Below are positions 28,100 to 37,793 of a DNA stretch of 64,000 bases, piece after piece. The number at the start of each line of letters is the position of its first letter. Position 1 is the stretch's first letter. The notes under the pieces are model-generated. The model was not told where the DNA came from. It was given only the letters and a program-made list of their open reading frames with translations, and did no database searches. Position numbers and translations under genes: made by a program. Origin of the DNA: a virus; the IMG/VR virus record IMGVR_UViG_3300020190_000008, one strand, 5' to 3'.

Positions 28100-30580
28100 T
28101 TAAGGAACAAAATACATTCTATTTAAATCTGTTGGACAATAGTAAACAGATTTAGAAGGTAAACCAACCGAACTATTTGGTAAATTAATAATACTTAAAC
28201 AATTTACGTGTGTTGTATTGTTAGCACAAGATGTAATGTTATTACCAACAATAAATGAATTATTGTGTGTTAATTTACTCTCACAACCCCCTAATATACC
28301 ACTAAATTCACCAATTATTGTGTTATTACAACCTGCTGCAATAACATTCCAACCTTGATTTACTGTCAACCCACTAATTGTGTTACGTTGACCAGCGCCA
28401 ATTATACTATAAGCAGAATTTGTTGTTGTATTACAAAAACCACCAATAATTACCGATTGACAAGATAATGTTTTATTGTATGTACCACCACCAACAAAAG
28501 AATCAAGACAATTTACCGTATTAAAACCACCACCAACAATTACATTCCTATTTACTAATGTTGTGTTTTCTCTACCAGCACCAATAAATGAACCAGACCC
28601 ATTTACAGTATTTTCTCTACCACCACCAATAAAAGATATTGTATCAACCGATGTGTTACGACAACCACCAACAATTGTTGATCCTGTTGATACCGATGTG
28701 TTACAACAACCACCAACAATAATTGAATAATGGTCTAATGTTGTGTTACAAATACCACCAGTTATTATTGAATAAGAACCTTCTGTTGTATTAAAATAAC
28801 CTCCACCAATTATACTGTAAGTAGAATTTGTTGTATTAAAGGCCCCCCCTCCAATAATGGAATAATATCCACTTGCTGTATTTGCCTGACCTCCAACAAC
28901 TGAAGAATAATTCCCACATACGTCGTTTATCCTACCACCACCAATAAACGAATTCCAAGAAAAAGAACAATTTAATTGACCACCACCAATAGTTGAAAAT
29001 GGTCCACCTATATAATTTTCAAAACCACCACCAATAAATGAATACTGACTTATCAATCTGTTTCCACTACCTCCACCAATTACACCACACTCTCCCGATG
29101 TATTACAATGGCCACCACCAATAAATGAATAAAACCCACATGCTGTATTTCCACTACCTCCACCAACTAATGAATAATCCCCAGATGCTTCAGCGGAAAC
29201 CCCAATTCTTTGTGTCGAGTCTGTACCAGTTCCTACTTCATATATCAATGTCGACCCAGTCAAATCTTGACCAAAAATTACATTACCAGATGAATCAATA
29301 CCCAAATTAGAAATTGAAGTTCCAGTTGTTACGTTTTGAATATTCAAATAAGGAACATAGACTGTATCATCTGTTGTTCCAGTAATATTTTGTCCACCCA
29401 AAATTACACTTCTATCTGCTTGTAAATTCGAACTATTAGAAAAAGCAACCGAACAATCACCAACAACTATGTTATTAGCCCCACCAACAATTCCTGAACA
29501 ATAACCAGAAACCGTATTTCCAAAACCACCAGAAATATTACTATTAAAACCAATTGCGGTATTGCATTGTCCACCGGCAATATTAGAACCATCAAAATAT
29601 GTTTTATTGAATGAACCACCAACTATTGATGCGAACGCTCCATAATTTTTGTTTTGCGAACCACCAACAACTACTGATGTATTCGAAAAGGAGCTATTAC
29701 AATAACCACCACCAATGAAAGAACATGAAGCTAAGTTTACATTATTACATCCACCAACAACAACAGAATAGTTTGCATCAGATGTGTTACAACAACCACC
29801 AAGAATTGCGCTACCACAAGAATCGGCAGTATTAAATTCTCCACCACCAACTACAGTAATAGTACAATTTGCAATGTTGGAATTACCACCGCCAATGGTT
29901 GAATTCAATTCGGCAGCTGTGTTGTATCTACCGCCAGCTATTACTGAAAAATCACCGTACGCTGAATTCTGTGTACCACCACCAATTGTTGAACAATCAT
30001 TCAAGGCTATGTTAAAAAATCCTCCACCAATTGTTACATTATAACCTGAAGAAGTATTTTTTTCACCACCACTAATTGTGGAATATTTACCAGAAGAAGT
30101 GTTACGACAACCAGCAACAACTGAAGCATAATTTTGCGATGCAACATTTAAATAACCACCACCAATAAATGTACAATTATCTGATGTTGTATTTTTACAA
30201 CCGCCAACAACAACTGAAAGATCACCATTTGTTGTGTTTAATTCACCACCACCAATGAATGCTGAAGATGAGTTTACAATATTTGTGTTTTTATAACCAC
30301 CAGTGATTGAACCAAATGTTCCATTGTTTGTATTACAATAACCACCACCAATGAAAGAATAATTTCCAGTTGACGTATTACATTTACCACCAGTAATCAC
30401 CCCCATACAACCAGTTGTTGTATTACAATAACCACCAACAATTGTTCCGTAATTTTTATCGGCAGTATTAGAATAACCACCTAACACTGTAGAATAGTTA
30501 CATCTAGCCTCATTGTTATTATCACATCTAACTGTAGAATTTATCCCACCTATTGGGTCATCAATTATAACGTAAGCCAT
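28100..30580 (-). CDS. Fibre protein with 15-aa S-x-I-x-G-G-x-x-N repeats (Cys-rich)
   Basis: Continuous GGxxN repeats; shares N-terminus, TVYVP neck and C-terminal GLPS motif with 30644-34795. Confidence 0.8.
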   Translation of the reverse strand: MAYVIIDDPIGGINSTVRCDNNNEARCNYSTVLGGYSNTADKNYGTIVGGYCNTTTGCMGVITGGKCNTSTGNYSFIGGGYCNTNNGTFGSITGGYKNTNIVNSSSAFIGGGELNTTNGDLSVVVGGCKNTTSDNCTFIGGGYLNVASQNYASVVAGCRNTSSGKYSTISGGEKNTSSGYNVTIGGGFFNIALNDCSTIGGGTQNSAYGDFSVIAGGRYNTAAELNSTIGGGNSNIANCTITVVGGGEFNTADSCGSAILGGCCNTSDANYSVVVGGCNNVNLASCSFIGGGYCNSSFSNTSVVVGGSQNKNYGAFASIVGGSFNKTYFDGSNIAGGQCNTAIGFNSNISGGFGNTVSGYCSGIVGGANNIVVGDCSVAFSNSSNLQADRSVILGGQNITGTTDDTVYVPYLNIQNVTTGTSISNLGIDSSGNVIFGQDLTGSTLIYEVGTGTDSTQRIGVSAEASGDYSLVGGGSGNTACGFYSFIGGGHCNTSGECGVIGGGSGNRLISQYSFIGGGFENYIGGPFSTIGGGQLNCSFSWNSFIGGGRINDVCGNYSSVVGGQANTASGYYSIIGGGAFNTTNSTYSIIGGGYFNTTEGSYSIITGGICNTTLDHYSIIVGGCCNTSVSTGSTIVGGCRNTSVDTISFIGGGRENTVNGSGSFIGAGRENTTLVNRNVIVGGGFNTVNCLDSFVGGGTYNKTLSCQSVIIGGFCNTTTNSAYSIIGAGQRNTISGLTVNQGWNVIAAGCNNTIIGEFSGILGGCESKLTHNNSFIVGNNITSCANNTTHVNCLSIINLPNSSVGLPSKSVYYCPTDLNRMYFVP

Positions 30581-30604
30581 ATTTTTTATTTTTGATTTAT
30601 GTCC

Positions 30605-30631
30605 AAACCCCCACTATTAAATGGGGGTTTT
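30605..30631. terminator. Hairpin between the two fibre paralogues
   Basis: AAACCCCCA-CTATTAAA-TGGGGGTTT perfect 9-bp stem. Confidence 0.7.
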
Positions 30632-30643
30632 AATTTTTATATT

Positions 30644-33600
30644 TTATACAATTTTTAAAACATTATTATTTGCGGTGTCTTTCCAAACAGCACCAGATGG
30701 TAATCCAGAAGCACTAACTGGTATACTCATAATTGATAAATTGTTAACAAATGTCGTAAGACTTCTGTTTGTTGTTATACCACAACCTAAAACGTGTGTA
30801 TCTTGTAAAGAGCTAATGTTTGATCTACCAACAGCAGATGAATAGTTTGCGGTTCCACATATATTATTCGAACAACCTCCGTTGATTGTTGACCAAGCAA
30901 CACTCAAATGGATTGTATTACAATTACCACCGCCAATTGTACCATAACAAGATGCTATACGGTTGAATTGACCACCACCGATTGTTGTGAAACAACTATT
31001 TATAGTAGCAATTTCGTTACAATTACCACCGCCAATTGTACTAAACGGTTCTGATGCTGTATTATAATATCCACCACTTACTGTTGAGTAACAACTACAA
31101 GTTGTATTACTTTGACCACCACCAATAACATTACCGACACCCCACCCCCTATTATTAACACCACCAGCAACGGTACCCCAACTAGCGTTAGCAACATTTG
31201 AGGCGCCCCCACCAACTACTGAACCAACCCCTGAAGAAATACTACTTGCTCCAAAAGAAACGGACCATTGGTTAGTTGCACTAGTACCAATTCCACATCT
31301 TAATGTTGAATTTAGTCCAGTACCTGGAATAATAATAGGTAATCCAATTCCAGAGGTTAGTCCTGCTGGTAAACCACTAACTGTTGCAACACCATTTTGT
31401 CTATTTAATGTAATTAAACCATTTGCGTTATTATATGTACCACCAGTAACAAAGAAATCGTTATTTTGGAAACCAGGTACACTAACATTTGTACCATTGT
31501 TTTGACCAAGAACTAAAGTTCCATTTGAATATGTCCCACCAGTTACAAAAGTATTTTGTGTTTGGAACCCAAGAATACTTACATCAGTAGCACCATTTGA
31601 CTGTGATAACACTAATTCACCAGTTGTTGGGTTATAAGTACCGCCAGTTAAATATTTATCACCATCAATTAATGTTGCTAAATCAACATTGAATGAATTT
31701 CCATCATTTCTATCGAATGTAATTTGTGAAAGTACATTATCATATGTACCACCAGTTACAAATGTATTTTCAGTTACAATTGTATATGGACCACCAGCCG
31801 GGGTTAAATTATATTCTAAAGTTGATGTTTGTACATTTGTATCATCATTTCCTGATGTTAAGGTACTTCCAGTAACAAAGTAATCTGTAAATCCAGTTGC
31901 AAAAACTTGTGATCCATCACTATTTGATAATGTAAGTTCGCCATTTGAAAGGCTAGCACCAGTAAGTACTATATCGGTATATCCAGTTAAGAAACCAGAA
32001 ACATTAAATGTATTTCCAGAATTTGTTGTAAATGTTGCAATACCAGTAGAATTATCATAAGTACCTCCAGTTACTGTCATATCTGAAGAAAGTATTGCTA
32101 AACTTACTGTGTAATCGTTACCATCATTAACAGACGCTGTTAAATCAAATGTTCCATTGTCAAATGTTAATCCAGTTAAAAAGTAATCTGTTTGAGAAGC
32201 TACTGAAACAACATTACCAGACGCATCAACACCTAAATTTGAAACTGGTGTTGTTACACCAACTGTTTGGATATTTAATTGTGGAACATAAATTGTGTCG
32301 TTTGTTGTACCAGTAATATTTTGTCCACCAATTACAGCTGATCTATTTCCTGTTACAACGTTTTGGTATCCACCAAGAATCATAGAACATAAACCTTCTG
32401 CTATATTTTCTCCACCACCCGTGATAGCTGAACTATTTCCTATTGCCGTGTTTTTTACACCACCAAGTACCGAAGATTCAAAATTAAGCGCTGTGTTACA
32501 TCTACCACCAGCAATTGTTGATCTATAACCAGATGCGGTATTTTTATATCCACCACTTATTGTGTTGTTTGTGCCATATGATGTATTAAATGAACCACCA
32601 CCCACATTTGATCTAAAACCAAACGCTGTGTTATGTAAACCACCACCTACTGATGATTGTAAATTATATGTTTCATTACAATATCCACCACCAATTACCG
32701 AAGCAAAACCATATGCTTTATTTCCAAATCCACCACCAATTGCGATACTTCCACCACAACCAGTATTACAACAACCACCAGCAACAGTATCACCCAAATT
32801 ACAAGTTACATTTGTTCTACCACCACCTATAACAGTGTAACTACTAAATGTTTTATTATTACAACCACCATTGACTGTTGACCAATAACTATTACCACTT
32901 ATAGAATTGTTTGCACCACCATTTATTACACCCATATATCCAAAGTTGTTGTTAGCAAAACCACCACCAACAAATGAATAACCACCACTAGCTTTATTAA
33001 CATAACCACCGGCAACAACATCACTATTACTATTTGCTTGGTTTAGAACACCACCACCAATTGTACTTGCGTAACCATTAGCATTATTATTATAACCAAA
33101 AACTGTAGTATATTGATTATTGGCATTGTTTGCTGTATTTTTTCTAACCGTAGATGAAACACCACCACCTTGTACTATTACAGCATCTTCAATTCCAGTT
33201 ATATCAACGATACCATTTTGTTGTTGGATTGTAAGTGTTGACGTTGATGGGGTGTAAAAACCACCAGTAACGTAAGTATCGGTATATCCAGTTAAGAAAC
33301 CAGTTACACTAAATGTACCACCAGAATTATTTGTAAATGTTGCGGTACCAGAATTTAAATCATATGTACCACCAGTCACTCTTAAATCACCGGCTAAAAT
33401 ACCTAAATTAACTGTGTATGCACTATAATTGTTTAATTCAACTGTTAAGTCGTAAGTACCTTGGTCAAATGTAAACCCAGTTGTAAAATAATCTGTTGCA
33501 CCAGTTGTAAATCCTGTGACAACAAAAGAACCACCTTGGTTATCTTCAAATGTTGCAGTACCTGTTGAATTATCGTATGTACCACCGGTAACATAAGTAT

Positions 33601-34795
33601 CAATAGATGTGAATCCAGTTACAAGAACTGTTGAGCCATCTGTATTTGTTAAAGTTAAATCACCAGCAGTAAATGTACCACCAGTTAAATATGTGTCTGT
33701 GTATCCAGTTGTAAATCCAGAAATTTGAACTGTATTTCCAGATGTATTTATAAATGTTACAACGCCAGTGTTAGCATTGTAAGTTCCACCAGTTAAACCT
33801 AAGTCAGTAGCTAAAACACCAAGATTAATTGTATCTGTAAACCCATCGTTTCTTCCAATAGTTAAATCAAAATTATTTGTGTCAAATGTTACACCAGTAA
33901 AATACTTATCTTGTAATCCAGAAATTGAAACATTTGTTCCGTTTTTCATTTCTAAAGTGAGTCCACCGGCATTATAGTTAAATGTACCACCAGTTACGTA
34001 ATTATCTTCTGTAACAAAACCAGATTGTACTACGTTACTACCATTACTATTAATTAATGTTAAAATACCAGTAACATTATCTAATGTTGAAGCACTTAAA
34101 AATATATCATTGTCACTACCAATCACAACATTGCCTTGAACATCAATACCTAAATTATTAATAGATGCCGTTGCTCCAACATTTTTAATGTTAAATTTAG
34201 GAACATAAACGGTGTCTGCGGATGTACCTGTTAAACCAGCACCACCAAGTATTACTGATCTTGCACCAGTTAATACGTTTGAATTTCCACCAATTGTTCC
34301 GGAATAATTACCACTAACTTTATTTTCTTGACCATTACCAACAAAAGAATTTACACCTCTTGCAATGTTATTATCCCCACCAACAATTGTTGAACCGGAC
34401 ATTGCTGTGTTATGGTCACCACCAAGAACATTAGATTTTAAATTTAGTGCTGTGTTATAATAACCACCACCAACAATTGTATAATCTGATTGTGCTGTGT
34501 TAAACGCACCTGCATTAACAACTGAAGATTTTCCATTTGCAAAGTTATTACACCCACCACCAATATTACTTAGTAATCCGTTAGTACGATTTAAGTAACC
34601 ACCATTTATGGTAGAATAATTACCGTTTGCTGTATTTCCTCTACCACCGGCTACTGTAGAATATTCTTTTTTTGCTGTATTCCCCCTACCCCCAGAAACG
34701 GTAGAATAAAGAGCTGAAGCAGAATTTGTTTGTCCACTTCTAACTGTTGTTGTTAATCCACCTACTGGATCTGTAATAATAACGTAATTTGGCAT
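30644..34795 (-). CDS. Long modular fibre protein (GGxxN repeat blocks alternating with VTGGTY modules)
   Basis: Three GGxxN blocks separated by runs of D.(Y/F)VTGGT(Y/F) modules. Confidence 0.8.
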   Translation of the reverse strand: MPNYVIITDPVGGLTTTVRSGQTNSASALYSTVSGGRGNTAKKEYSTVAGGRGNTANGNYSTINGGYLNRTNGLLSNIGGGCNNFANGKSSVVNAGAFNTAQSDYTIVGGGYYNTALNLKSNVLGGDHNTAMSGSTIVGGDNNIARGVNSFVGNGQENKVSGNYSGTIGGNSNVLTGARSVILGGAGLTGTSADTVYVPKFNIKNVGATASINNLGIDVQGNVVIGSDNDIFLSASTLDNVTGILTLINSNGSNVVQSGFVTEDNYVTGGTFNYNAGGLTLEMKNGTNVSISGLQDKYFTGVTFDTNNFDLTIGRNDGFTDTINLGVLATDLGLTGGTYNANTGVVTFINTSGNTVQISGFTTGYTDTYLTGGTFTAGDLTLTNTDGSTVLVTGFTSIDTYVTGGTYDNSTGTATFEDNQGGSFVVTGFTTGATDYFTTGFTFDQGTYDLTVELNNYSAYTVNLGILAGDLRVTGGTYDLNSGTATFTNNSGGTFSVTGFLTGYTDTYVTGGFYTPSTSTLTIQQQNGIVDITGIEDAVIVQGGGVSSTVRKNTANNANNQYTTVFGYNNNANGYASTIGGGVLNQANSNSDVVAGGYVNKASGGYSFVGGGFANNNFGYMGVINGGANNSISGNSYWSTVNGGCNNKTFSSYTVIGGGRTNVTCNLGDTVAGGCCNTGCGGSIAIGGGFGNKAYGFASVIGGGYCNETYNLQSSVGGGLHNTAFGFRSNVGGGSFNTSYGTNNTISGGYKNTASGYRSTIAGGRCNTALNFESSVLGGVKNTAIGNSSAITGGGENIAEGLCSMILGGYQNVVTGNRSAVIGGQNITGTTNDTIYVPQLNIQTVGVTTPVSNLGVDASGNVVSVASQTDYFLTGLTFDNGTFDLTASVNDGNDYTVSLAILSSDMTVTGGTYDNSTGIATFTTNSGNTFNVSGFLTGYTDIVLTGASLSNGELTLSNSDGSQVFATGFTDYFVTGSTLTSGNDDTNVQTSTLEYNLTPAGGPYTIVTENTFVTGGTYDNVLSQITFDRNDGNSFNVDLATLIDGDKYLTGGTYNPTTGELVLSQSNGATDVSILGFQTQNTFVTGGTYSNGTLVLGQNNGTNVSVPGFQNNDFFVTGGTYNNANGLITLNRQNGVATVSGLPAGLTSGIGLPIIIPGTGLNSTLRCGIGTSATNQWSVSFGASSISSGVGSVVGGGASNVANASWGTVAGGVNNRGWGVGNVIGGGQSNTTCSCYSTVSGGYYNTASEPFSTIGGGNCNEIATINSCFTTIGGGQFNRIASCYGTIGGGNCNTIHLSVAWSTINGGCSNNICGTANYSSAVGRSNISSLQDTHVLGCGITTNRSLTTFVNNLSIMSIPVSASGLPSGAVWKDTANNNVLKIV

Positions 34796-34876
34796 TATTT
34801 ATTTTTTTTCTGTTTATTTTATCTATTTAATAAATATTAGGAATTATACAAAGTATCGATTTTTGTATAAAAAAAA

Positions 34877-37741
34877 TCAAGAACCAATTTCTGTTGCAAG
34901 ACAAATTTCCCCATTTTCTCTGATAAGTCTTGTCATATCATTAAATGATATATACGCATGACCACCAATTCCCCAAGATTTTCCCCAACTATTTTTTATT
35001 CTAAAAACTTTTTTTGTTAAATCAACACCATTTATAAGATAAGCATGTCCACCAACAAATTTACCAGTTAATTTTATGTTTCCAGACTTATTTGGGTAAA
35101 ACATTCCATTGTACCAGTTTGTACCAACTACGACTGGACCAACTTTTAAAACTGTATTTACAAGTGTTGGTAAATCAAATGCCCAATAATAAGATTTTAC
35201 TTTACCAATTTGTTGTAAATATTTTACACCACCCCTAACTGAAGTACCATTATAATTTTCACCAGGCCATTGGTCTAATTTTTGTGCGTTAAAATAAATT
35301 GTACTTGGTTTTACAACTGGCGGTATTCCAGATTGTTGTACCGGACCATCTTCTAACCAATGGGCCCAAGAATACCCAACACATTGTGGTAGGCTACCTT
35401 GATTTCCCCACCAACCATTTGCATCCCAAAATCTTTGTGTTAATATTTGTGGTTTTGATGAAATCGATTTAATTACACTTTGATTATTTTTTATTAAATA
35501 ATTTAAATCTCTTTTATCTTCAACATAGATTCTACCTAATTCAAATGGGATTGTTGTTGAACTTAATGGTGGTGTTTCAGTTTCACCACTTATTGTGTAT
35601 GTAAAATCATTTGTTAAACAAATTTCTGTATCACAATCTGGACAGAAAGGATTAAATAATCTGAATTTATCTTTTAATATATTAAAGTTATGTCTTACTT
35701 CTGATGAATCGAGTGGTTGGACATACATTCTGAATTGTGAAATAGCACCTTCAAATGTTCCACCAAATTCTTTTTCCAATAATATATTTGTTGTAAGACC
35801 AGACAATGATGTGCCAGATAAAACAGATGTTGGGAATAATTCAGGGTCCTGAATAAAATCACTACTTAAATTTTCACAAGTTGATGGAACTAAATTTTCG
35901 TGAAGTCCTTGTGTTCCACCACCCCAAGAAATATTAAAAGGAACACCAATTTGTTTTTCTTTATCTGTTGATAAAGCTCTTGGTATAATTTCTTCGAAAT
36001 CTTTTATTGTATAAATTAATTTTCCATTCACATATATTAAAAGTTTACCTTTTCTATATTTTTCATCTAAAACCCAAGTATCATTTAAATTTACGAGTTC
36101 TATTTGTTCCGCATCTTTTTTATCATTTGAATATGGTGGACTAATTAAACTAAATGTATTATTTGCTAAACTTTCTAAATAAAATTTCTTTGTTATATCA
36201 CCTAAACCACCGTACCACCACAAATCACAATTATCTAAATTTGTATTTCGTTTCCAAATAACATCTAATAAAAACCAATGTTCTTGTTCTATAAAAGCTG
36301 GATTTTGTTGTTCACAATAAGAATATATTGGTGGTGTACACCATTCTTGTATTGTGTAACCAGTAACAAAAGTAGTTCCAGTACCAGTAATTGTATTTCC
36401 AGTTGTCATACATTCACCAGTAAATCTTAAAACTTTAATACCAATTCCTGGATTTTGTGGGTCACCAGATAATTTGAATGAAATGTTATTGGACATCGAA
36501 TCAAATAACGGATTTTTTTCACAAGTATCTTCTACTGAAGTAAACCCAGATGTTGGACAATCTAAACAATCAACACACTTTTCACAAGTAGTACAAGTTG
36601 GTGTGCATTCTGGCAGTGGTGTATCACAACTTGGTGTTGGACTAGGAAGTGGTGTAGGTGTGGGTGTTGGTTGTATTACATCACCACAATAATGTGTCTG
36701 ACATTCCCAACCACAAGTTTCACAAGCAAATTGATTACAACCACATCCACAAGTTACCGCACTCATAGGATTACCTTTACAAGTACCACAACCATAATTT
36801 ATATGTGGGTCGTGAATACCATTTAACGAACGTGGTGGATAAAGATATATACACCTACTATTTGTAATATTTAAATTACAACAAGCACAAGTCTGTAAAC
36901 AATTAGCAAGTGGTGTTGTAACTCTTGTATAACCAGTAAAACATCTTGGTGTCCCATCGGCATAGTGGTAAAACTTATTTTCAGCTCTGGTCCCCCAATA
37001 AAAAAAAGTGTTTTTATTATTTGGGTATAATTCGTTTAATGTGGTTTCACCAGAATTAGGAATAAATTCGTCACATAATCTCGGTTTCAAAAGTAATTCA
37101 ATGCTCCAACCTTTATTCATTCTTTCTGGAAAAATATCATAATCAAAACCAAATAATTTATAAAAACCTTGATAGAACCCACCATATAATTCGTGGTAAA
37201 CACCTTCTGTTATTCCAGTCTTACTTATTACTTCGTATAATGTTTGAGCACTAAAAGCTTCAAACCTATTTAAATTTGTTGTGTGTCCTGTAACTTGAAA
37301 TAATTTTAATCTTCTATCATAATACATTCGATTAAACTTAACGCTATCTTCAAAGATACCATTTGTAAAATATATTGTTTGACCGCTCATTGTATCAACT
37401 AATCCGTTATCAATTCCAGTAAAACCAATATCACAAGATGTTGAGGCTGTTAATAAACAAAAATTTGAATTTTCTGGATTATAATAATTTTGTGAAACAA
37501 AAATATTATTTTTATTGTAATTTTTATATTTTAAATTAAGTTTTTGCGCTGTTAGGGTGTCGTTTATATCAAAATAAAAAGGAAGTTTATTACCATATGT
37601 TTGTGCAATAATATATGGTGAAAAAATAACCTCTTCTTTATAGTCTCTTTCGTCCGAAGCTAAGGACATATCCATACTATCAGATACTAAATCTATATTG
37701 ATTTTTTTATAAACATATTGATTAATATTCTGTTGGGACAT
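34877..37741 (-). CDS. Cys-rich LamG/ConA-like structural protein fused to a C-terminal papain-like (C1) peptidase
   Basis: IYVNGKL, FEGAISQFRMY (LamG-like); peptidase NQGSLPQCVG, GGHAY, IKNSWG; start MSQQN at 37741 preferred. Confidence 0.75.
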   Translation of the reverse strand: MSQQNINQYVYKKINIDLVSDSMDMSLASDERDYKEEVIFSPYIIAQTYGNKLPFYFDINDTLTAQKLNLKYKNYNKNNIFVSQNYYNPENSNFCLLTASTSCDIGFTGIDNGLVDTMSGQTIYFTNGIFEDSVKFNRMYYDRRLKLFQVTGHTTNLNRFEAFSAQTLYEVISKTGITEGVYHELYGGFYQGFYKLFGFDYDIFPERMNKGWSIELLLKPRLCDEFIPNSGETTLNELYPNNKNTFFYWGTRAENKFYHYADGTPRCFTGYTRVTTPLANCLQTCACCNLNITNSRCIYLYPPRSLNGIHDPHINYGCGTCKGNPMSAVTCGCGCNQFACETCGWECQTHYCGDVIQPTPTPTPLPSPTPSCDTPLPECTPTCTTCEKCVDCLDCPTSGFTSVEDTCEKNPLFDSMSNNISFKLSGDPQNPGIGIKVLRFTGECMTTGNTITGTGTTFVTGYTIQEWCTPPIYSYCEQQNPAFIEQEHWFLLDVIWKRNTNLDNCDLWWYGGLGDITKKFYLESLANNTFSLISPPYSNDKKDAEQIELVNLNDTWVLDEKYRKGKLLIYVNGKLIYTIKDFEEIIPRALSTDKEKQIGVPFNISWGGGTQGLHENLVPSTCENLSSDFIQDPELFPTSVLSGTSLSGLTTNILLEKEFGGTFEGAISQFRMYVQPLDSSEVRHNFNILKDKFRLFNPFCPDCDTEICLTNDFTYTISGETETPPLSSTTIPFELGRIYVEDKRDLNYLIKNNQSVIKSISSKPQILTQRFWDANGWWGNQGSLPQCVGYSWAHWLEDGPVQQSGIPPVVKPSTIYFNAQKLDQWPGENYNGTSVRGGVKYLQQIGKVKSYYWAFDLPTLVNTVLKVGPVVVGTNWYNGMFYPNKSGNIKLTGKFVGGHAYLINGVDLTKKVFRIKNSWGKSWGIGGHAYISFNDMTRLIRENGEICLATEIGS

Positions 37742-37752
37742 CTTTTTTATTA

Positions 37753-37780
37753 ATAAATACAACAAGTCAAAGTATTTATA
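37753..37780. promoter_or_regulatory. Back-to-back TATTTAT motifs at the strand switch
   Basis: Minus-strand TATTTAT at 37753-37759 and plus-strand TATTTATA at 37773-37780, 11-13 nt from the respective ATGs. Confidence 0.65.
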
Positions 37781-37793
37781 TTAAAACTGTTTT

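Noticed and set aside
16911-34795. Diversity-generating retroelement targeting the fibres
   Set aside because: No reverse transcriptase or non-coding template repeat seen in the window; variation is not evidently adenine-specific
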